From Candidatus Sulfomarinibacteraceae bacterium (GTDB lineage: Bacteria; Acidobacteriota; Thermoanaerobaculia; Thermoanaerobaculales; Sulfomarinibacteraceae), in the NCBI GenBank assembly GCA_963796455.1, contig CAWCLO010000004.1, forward strand, positions 256,001 to 320,000: a stretch of DNA of 64,000 bases, in the 5' to 3' direction. The position numbers were made by a program, and so were the translations under genes. Every line of letters begins with the position of its first letter. Position 1 is the first letter of the stretch. The notes beneath the pieces were generated by a model that saw only the letters and a list, made by a program, of their open reading frames with translations, was not told the origin of the DNA and did not search any database. Shown here piece after piece: positions 58,441 to 64,000 of this stretch.

Positions 58441-59073
58441 TTGTGGCGAGAGACCGGTCGAAGACCCGGGGAGGAAGATCTGGATTCTGATCAGGTTATC
58501 AGCGACGAAGAATTGGTTGAATTGGCGCGAAGCGCCGGTGACGGCGATCTACGTCCCTTCGATCGATTGGTGACCCGCCACCGTGGCCGGGTCCTGGCCA
58601 ACTGCCGCTATCTCACTCGAGCCGCCGAGGACAGTGAAGATCTCGCCCAGGAGGTTTTTCTCAAGGCATTTTTCGCGCTCGAGCGATTCGAAGGTCGATC
58701 GACCTTCAAAACCTGGTTGCAACGGATCAAGATCAACCACTGTTTGAATTATCTCGACAAACAAAAAAAGCGGCGGGTCGTCGATGTCGAGGATCCGGTC
58801 GTCTCCGCCCGCGACGAGCTTCGGGTGGAGCCACGCGCCGAGAAACGGGTCGAGGCCATATCTGATCGTGAACGGATCGCCTTCGTTCTCGATTCGTTGG
58901 CGGAGACCTTGCGGGTGCCACTGGTGCTTCGTGATGCCGACGGTGATTCTTATCAGGAGATCGCCGATCGGCTCGGAATCGGACTGTCGGCCGTCAAAAT
59001 GCGGATCAAACGGGCACGCGAAGAATTTCGTTCGCGGTGGCTGCAGGCATTTGGAGAGGAGAGTGCGCCGTGA
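58441..59073 (+). CDS. ECF RNA polymerase sigma factor; start uncertain
   Basis: SDEELV, EDLAQEVFLKAF, FEGRSTFKTWL, SYQEIADRLG..VKMRIKRAR. Confidence 0.93.
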   Translation: MWRETGRRPGEEDLDSDQVISDEELVELARSAGDGDLRPFDRLVTRHRGRVLANCRYLTRAAEDSEDLAQEVFLKAFFALERFEGRSTFKTWLQRIKINHCLNYLDKQKKRRVVDVEDPVVSARDELRVEPRAEKRVEAISDRERIAFVLDSLAETLRVPLVLRDADGDSYQEIADRLGIGLSAVKMRIKRAREEFRSRWLQAFGEESAP

Positions 59074-59086
59074 GAGAGGGCTCCAG

Positions 59087-59371
59087 ATGACCGAACAACC
59101 CACCAATGGGCGAGAACCCGATGACATCGACACCGGGGAGCCGATCGGGTTGTTGCGTGACCTCGAAGAACCGGCCAGCCGGTCCTTTATGGGCTCCCTG
59201 AATCGGCAAATCCAGCGCAGGCTTCTGGCGACCGATGTGACCAGACTGACCTGGAACGGTCCGATCGTAGTAGTGATCGAGTTTCTGAACATGATTTTTG
59301 GTCTGCTGGGTTCGCAGGATCCGGATGACCGGCATGAAAACGCGGGAGGGACCAACAATGGAAACGACTGA
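59087..59371 (+). CDS. Small putative anti-sigma/accessory protein
   Basis: Lies between the sigma and channel genes; GAGGG RBS; hydrophobic helix. Confidence 0.55.
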   Translation: MTEQPTNGREPDDIDTGEPIGLLRDLEEPASRSFMGSLNRQIQRRLLATDVTRLTWNGPIVVVIEFLNMIFGLLGSQDPDDRHENAGGTNNGND

Positions 59372-60188
59372 GCTCATCAAGACGCAGCTGATCGAGACCT
59401 ATCACAATCTGGTCGGCGACCTGATCGGCGCAGCCCCGATGGTGATCTCGGGCATCATCCTGGTTTTGTTCGCCTGGCTGGTTGCCAAGGCGGTCGAGAA
59501 GCTGGTCCGCATGCTGTTGGTGCGAACCAAGTTCGACAGCCTTCTCGGCAAGGTCGGAGTCGACACCGCTGTGCAACAGCTCGGCCTTCGCAAGTCGTTG
59601 AGCGAGGTGGTGCCGCGGGTGGTCTATTTCCTCCTGCTCTTTTTGTTTGCCCGCAGTCTTGCCGACACCCTCGGGTTGGTTGCGGTGTCGGATGCCATCG
59701 GCGCTTTTCTCTCCTATGTTCCAAATATCGTCGCCGCGCTGCTGATCCTTCTGGTCGGTTCCGCCCTCGGGCGTTTTGCGGGCAGCGCCGTCACCCGATC
59801 CGCCGAAGCCAGTGGGCTCGATTTTGGGGCTTCCCTGGGCCGAGCGCTGTCGGGCGCCGTGCTCTTCATTGCGGTGATCATGGCGATCGCGCAACTTCGA
59901 ATCGATACCGAAATCGTGCGTCTGGTGATCGCATGCAGCCTTGCCGGGGCGGCCCTCGCCTTTGGGCTCTCCTTTGGTCTCGGCAGCCGCAATCTGGTCA
60001 GCAACATCCTTGCCGGTCTGTATGTCAAGCGGCTCTTCGAGCCGGGCACCGAGGTTGAGGTGCTGGGTCAACGGGGAACGGTTACAGCGGTGTCGACGAC
60101 GTCAACGGTGCTCGAGAACGAGGGTCTGGAGATCGTGCTCGCGAATCAGCTGCTGTTGTCGGAGACCGCGACGATCAAAAGAACCTGA
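59358..60188 (+). CDS. MscS-like mechanosensitive channel with TM-helix repeats (CmpX-like)
   Basis: YVPNIVAALLIL, ALAFGLSFGLGSR..NILAG, G..GTV..V; GGGAGGG RBS. Confidence 0.85.
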   Translation: METTELIKTQLIETYHNLVGDLIGAAPMVISGIILVLFAWLVAKAVEKLVRMLLVRTKFDSLLGKVGVDTAVQQLGLRKSLSEVVPRVVYFLLLFLFARSLADTLGLVAVSDAIGAFLSYVPNIVAALLILLVGSALGRFAGSAVTRSAEASGLDFGASLGRALSGAVLFIAVIMAIAQLRIDTEIVRLVIACSLAGAALAFGLSFGLGSRNLVSNILAGLYVKRLFEPGTEVEVLGQRGTVTAVSTTSTVLENEGLEIVLANQLLLSETATIKRT

Positions 60189-60207
60189 ATGCAGTAGAAC
60201 TTTTTGT

Positions 60208-60987
60208 TCAGTCCTGAATCCGGCTGTTGGTCGAGCCGCCGCTGCGGCCTGAAGACTGATCTGCATCGTTTTCGTTGAAGCTGTCGGGCCGGCTTCCCTG
60301 GCGTCGGTCCGCCAACCAACCGTGGGTTGTGGATTCGGTTTCGGTGGATTCGGAGCCGTTCCAGCCCACCATCTGTTCACCACCGGCGCCACCGCCTCCG
60401 GATGCACCGCCGGCAGGCGAGCCGGAACCCGATCCCGAACCGGATCCTGAGGAGTCGTCTCCATCCTGGGTGTCGCCGCTGAAGCTTCGGTAACCGGGGT
60501 CGTTCTGCGGACCGGTCACGACGACCGGTGGACCCTGATCTTCGATGTAGATGTACTCGGCCTGGTCGCCATATTCGTCCAGGGCGAGGACAACGAACTC
60601 GACGCGGCGGCGGCCCTCGCCGCCACCGGTCGCGCCCGCGCCCTCGTGGCTGAACGAGTTGCTGCCGTGATTGATTTCATCTTTGGCGAGCAGTACGTAC
60701 TGGCTGGGCTTGTCGCCCTTGTAGTATTTCGACCAGAAAGTCTTGGCATCCGGAAATGCGTTTCCGTCGTCACTGGCCATCCACATGGCGGCCTGGATGC
60801 CACGCAGCCCATCGGTACTCCTGGAGACCCGCGCTTTGTCCAAGGCGCCGGTGAGACCACCGATGGCGATGGTGGCGAGGATGCCGACGATTTGGGCAGC
60901 CACCAGCACCTCGGTAACAGTGAATCCGGCAGACGCGGAGCGCCGGATGCTGTCTTTGGCGGTGATGGGGCGGGTTGACATCTTCAT
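60208..60987 (-). CDS. Type IV pilin/pseudopilin-like protein with a Gly/Ser-rich tail
   Basis: Class III signal G|FTVTE followed by a hydrophobic helix. Confidence 0.75.
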   Translation of the reverse strand: MKMSTRPITAKDSIRRSASAGFTVTEVLVAAQIVGILATIAIGGLTGALDKARVSRSTDGLRGIQAAMWMASDDGNAFPDAKTFWSKYYKGDKPSQYVLLAKDEINHGSNSFSHEGAGATGGGEGRRRVEFVVLALDEYGDQAEYIYIEDQGPPVVVTGPQNDPGYRSFSGDTQDGDDSSGSGSGSGSGSPAGGASGGGGAGGEQMVGWNGSESTETESTTHGWLADRRQGSRPDSFNENDADQSSGRSGGSTNSRIQD

Positions 60988-61117
60988 ATCCTCATCTCAA
61001 TTAGAGATCCGAAACCGAATTTAGACAGTGACTTCCCTCACCAACCCCGTGTGACGAAGATCACCTCTCTCGGATGGCCGCTCCTGGTGATAGGCTGCAT
61101 TTAATGAGGGCCATGCT

Positions 61118-61861
61118 GTGAAAATACTCGATGTGAACGCGGAGAATGTCGAGAAACTCGGTTTCTTCTGTTATATGAGCAAACGGAAATCCGAGGGCTA
61201 CCGGCGCAAGCGGATGTGGCTCGAAGACCGATTTCGGGAGGGGATGAGGATCAAGCTCCTCGAGCTGCCGGACCGCGGTTTTATCGAGTACATCCCCGGT
61301 GAGTATGCCTGGCGCACCGTTGATGCAACCGGCTACCTTGTGATCCACTGTCTCTGGGTGGTGGGACGAAGCAAGGGCAGGGGTTTTGCCACGCGGCTCC
61401 TCGATGCCTGTATCGAGGACGCGAAACAGAGCGGGCACAGGGGCGTGGCGATGGTGACCAGCGAAAAAAACTGGTTGGCCGGGAGACGCCTCTTCGAATC
61501 CAGGGGTTTTGTGGCGGTCGACGAGGCGGCTCCGGCGTTTAGTCTGATGGTGAAGAACTTTGGCGATGGCGGGCTGCCTTCGTTTATCGACAACCGGGAA
61601 AAGCTCCGCAAGGACTTCGCTCAGGGGCTGACGGTATTCAGAAGCGACCAGTGCCCATACATCGAAGACGCGGTCGAGAATTCGCTGCGGGTGGCAGCCA
61701 AAGCAGGGGTCAAGTGCAAGGTCGTCGAACTCGAAAACGCCGCCGATGTGCGTCGGTTGTCACCTACACCATTCGGAACATTTGCTCTGGTGCTCGATGG
61801 CGAGTTGGTGAGCTATCACTATCTTTTGGAAAAAGACCTCTTGCCGATTCTGAATGGGTGA
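61118..61861 (+). CDS. GNAT acetyltransferase with YoaP-like C-terminal domain
   Basis: FIEYIPGEYAWR, IHCLWV..KGRGFATRLL, QCPY, PTPFGTF. Confidence 0.88.
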   Translation: MKILDVNAENVEKLGFFCYMSKRKSEGYRRKRMWLEDRFREGMRIKLLELPDRGFIEYIPGEYAWRTVDATGYLVIHCLWVVGRSKGRGFATRLLDACIEDAKQSGHRGVAMVTSEKNWLAGRRLFESRGFVAVDEAAPAFSLMVKNFGDGGLPSFIDNREKLRKDFAQGLTVFRSDQCPYIEDAVENSLRVAAKAGVKCKVVELENAADVRRLSPTPFGTFALVLDGELVSYHYLLEKDLLPILNG

Positions 61862-61998
61862 GAGAGGCCGGTCGACCGCATCTCACCAAGACGCACTGTC
61901 CCCTCGGGGGTAATTCCGGAAGACCGTGTTGAGCGCCGGGTGATGATTCAACGACTCGCCCTGATCTGTCCAGATAAGGGTGGCCGCAAGAAGAAATC

Positions 61999-62034
61999 AG
62001 CCGGTTGCGACACAGGTTCGCAACCGGCTTTTCT
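61999..62034. terminator. Intrinsic terminator between convergent genes
   Basis: 12-bp stem AGCCGGTTGCGA / TCGCAACCGGCT followed by T-rich sequence; A-rich on the other side. Confidence 0.75.
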
Positions 62035-62046
62035 CGTTCGATCGAG

Positions 62047-62487
62047 TCAGGCCGAAAATAGTTTTTCCAGGCGGTTGAGGCAGCTCGCCCACCCCTCGTC
62101 GTGTTTGCCGGCGATTTCGGCGTCGGGAAAAAGTTCGTGGATCATGACGACCTCAGTCACCCCGCCGCGGTCGTGAAATTCGACCGTCACCACGGTGTCG
62201 TAGTGATCGTTGCCCTCTTCTTCCCATTTCCAGGTGTAGCTCAGTCGATTCGGAGGATCGATCTCGCGATAGGTGCCGACTGCGTTGAATTCGCCGTCTT
62301 CCGCTCCGATCATTTTCAGCCGGTAGGCGCCGCCGACCCTGAGATCGACCTCGGCCTGCAACTCCATGCCTTCGGGCGCTGACCATTTGGCGAGTTGTTC
62401 CGGTTTGGTCCATGCGTCAAAAACCTTTTCGACATCGGCCTTGATCAGGCGGGTGATTCTGAGCTTCGTATCTGTGGCTGTGGTCAT
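62047..62487 (-). CDS. SRPBCC/AHSA1 (START-fold) protein
   Basis: [45 protein letters not shown]. Confidence 0.92.
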   Translation of the reverse strand: MTTATDTKLRITRLIKADVEKVFDAWTKPEQLAKWSAPEGMELQAEVDLRVGGAYRLKMIGAEDGEFNAVGTYREIDPPNRLSYTWKWEEEGNDHYDTVVTVEFHDRGGVTEVVMIHELFPDAEIAGKHDEGWASCLNRLEKLFSA

Positions 62488-62831
62488 TCTTCGTCCCTTT
62501 CGTTTGGATCCGGTTCTTCGAGAAAACGCGCGAGCGCGTCCAACTGCGACTCCCAGTACTCGCGATAGTTCTCGACCCATTCGGCCGCGTCGCGCATCGG
62601 TGAGGCGTCGAGCCCGCAACGGCTGAGTCGTCCTTCGCTGACCCGTTGAACCAGACCGGCTCGCTCCAACACCCGGAGGTGTTTGGAGATCGCCGGCCGC
62701 GAGATTTCAAAGGGCTGGGCCAGCTCGCCGACGGTGGCGTCGCCCGTAGCGAGACGGGCGAGGATCGCACGTCGCGTCGGGTCGGCCAGAGCGGCAAAGG
62801 TCAGATCGAGGTTTTGTTCATTGGTAACCAT
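62484..62831 (-). CDS. ArsR/SmtB family transcriptional regulator
   Basis: [40 protein letters not shown]. Confidence 0.94.
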   Translation of the reverse strand: MVTNEQNLDLTFAALADPTRRAILARLATGDATVGELAQPFEISRPAISKHLRVLERAGLVQRVSEGRLSRCGLDASPMRDAAEWVENYREYWESQLDALARFLEEPDPNERDEE

Positions 62832-62869
62832 CTGGTTACGAATATAGGATAGGTGAGAATCATTGTCAA
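62824..62869 (-). promoter_or_regulatory. Sigma70 promoter with palindromic operator over the ArsR start codon
   Basis: TTGACA (62869-62864)-N17-TATATT (62846-62841); inverted repeat GTAACCA-N2-TGGTTAC at 62824-62839. Confidence 0.8.
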
Positions 62870-62899
62870 GACCCGATCACGATATTTTTCCTCGCTTTC

Positions 62900-63399
62900 G
62901 TCGCAAACACGAAGACACAAAGGCACGAAGGACATCACACCAAGAAAACCACAGAGGCACGGAGACACAGAGAGGGAACACAGAGGGCTGGCGCAAAGGC
63001 CCACAGAACACACAGAAAAACACAAAAGCCATCGCAAAGAGCGACCAGAGTGCAGCCGGGACGGCTGCACCACCATGGTGGTGCACGCGTCTCGCGTGCA
63101 CATGGTTGAACCGCAAAGAACGCAAAGAACGTAAAGTCGCAAAGTCGCAAAGACGCGAAGACGCCAAGGCGGGTTGACCGGGCTGATGCGACGTTGCCGT
63201 CAGTGTCGGCAGAACGACAGACGATCTCCGATCGCCAGCGCTCGGAGTCCACCCGCTTCCCACCGACCGGTACGCCCACGGCGCACCGGTTCTGCCTTGC
63301 CGGGAAGTCTTCTGCGTCTTCTCGACTCTGCGCCTCTGGGTTCATGACCCTTTTGGCAATATCGATCCAGCAGTTCGGCTACCGTTGCGCCTTCGCGTC
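62900..63399. repeat. Second copy of the composite repeat at 29054-29738
   Basis: Same module order; 63050-63101 is identical to 29204-29255. Confidence 0.9.
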
Positions 63400-63410
63400 G
63401 ACGAACCCGG

Positions 63411-63639
63411 GCGCTGCCGCCGATCGCTGACCGCTGTTCCCTGTCGCTGCTCACTGTCGCTGTCCCTGTTCGCTGGTGCCTGTCGCTGCCCCTGGACTCT
63501 GCCGCTGCCGCTGCAATTCGGGAGCGGGATCGGGAAGGGGTAGGTGCCAACCGTGAACCGGATATGCCAAAAACCAACCCGTAAACCACGTGTTGTCAGA
63601 TGGGCAGCTTCACATGACGATCTGCTTTGGACAGCAGTG
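63411..63639. mobile_element. Partial copy (one end) of the MITE-like family
   Basis: AACCGGATATGCCAAAAACCAACCCGTAAACCACGTGTTGTCAG shared with the 26.5-kb copy; ends TTTGGACAGCAGTG. Confidence 0.75.
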
Positions 63640-63714
63640 ATCCTGAATCCTGCATCCAGCAGCGAGCATCGGGTGGCCTGTCCGTCTCTGTGGTTTTGGA
63701 GTTGCGGGTGAGTG

Positions 63715-64000
63715 TTACTCGACCCGCACCAGCGTCATCTCGAAGAACTGGCGCCAATTCTCGCCATCGGTGGAGGCTTCGCCGACCTCGGTCCAGCGGC
63801 CGTCTTCGCCAATGGTGATCGTATAACGAATAGTGCGTCCGGGTATCTCCATTCCCCACACGAAGACACCGTCCTCGAGTCGGCCGTCGAAATCTCCACT
63901 CCGACCATTGGCCAGGTGGGTGCTGAACCGATAGGCATCCTTGGCGCCATCCCACGTCAGCGTGGCCAAGGCGTGGTGAATCGGCTCGTCGCCGGGAGCT
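63715..64000 (-). CDS. DUF1579-like beta-barrel protein, 5'-partial
   Basis: Frame is open to the window end; W.EVGEAS.DG.NW.QFFEMTL.R C-terminus. Confidence 0.6.
   Translation of the reverse strand, partial: APGDEPIHHALATLTWDGAKDAYRFSTHLANGRSGDFDGRLEDGVFVWGMEIPGRTIRYTITIGEDGRWTEVGEASTDGENWRQFFEMTLVRVE

Noticed and set aside
62857..62872. AATCATTGTCAAGAC as the missing left end of the 63.6-kb MITE
   Set aside because: Only a partial match with no matching 9-bp TSD; better explained as the -35 box of the ArsR promoter

Overview
GC-rich bacterial chromosomal window of about 55 CDSs. No rRNA, tRNA, CRISPR array, cas gene or transposase was recognised. Gene content (IFxDGFExG-tailed secreted proteins, DUF4388-J-TPR protein, S46/S9 peptidases, NapAB with a DsrOP-like module) suggests a diderm sediment-type organism, possibly Acidobacteriota/Thermoanaerobaculia; this is inference only. 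Core genes include peptidases, ettA, aqpZ, rarD, nnrS, napDAB divergent from a tetraheme cytochrome-FeS-NrfD module, two ArsR-SRPBCC pairs, two ECF sigma/anti-sigma pairs and a KAS-MoxR-VWA-GATase cluster. Three highlights: (1) a stand-alone gasdermin-like pore-forming domain (54150-54767) with no C-terminal inhibitory peptide, no cysteine and no adjacent protease; (2) a non-autonomous MITE-like family with CA..TG ends and 9-bp target-site duplications that carries different cargo in each copy; (3) duplicated intergenic composite repeats containing covarying GTGG-type REP hairpins and a perfect 120-nt four-way junction. All family calls come from motif recognition by eye; no database searches were run.
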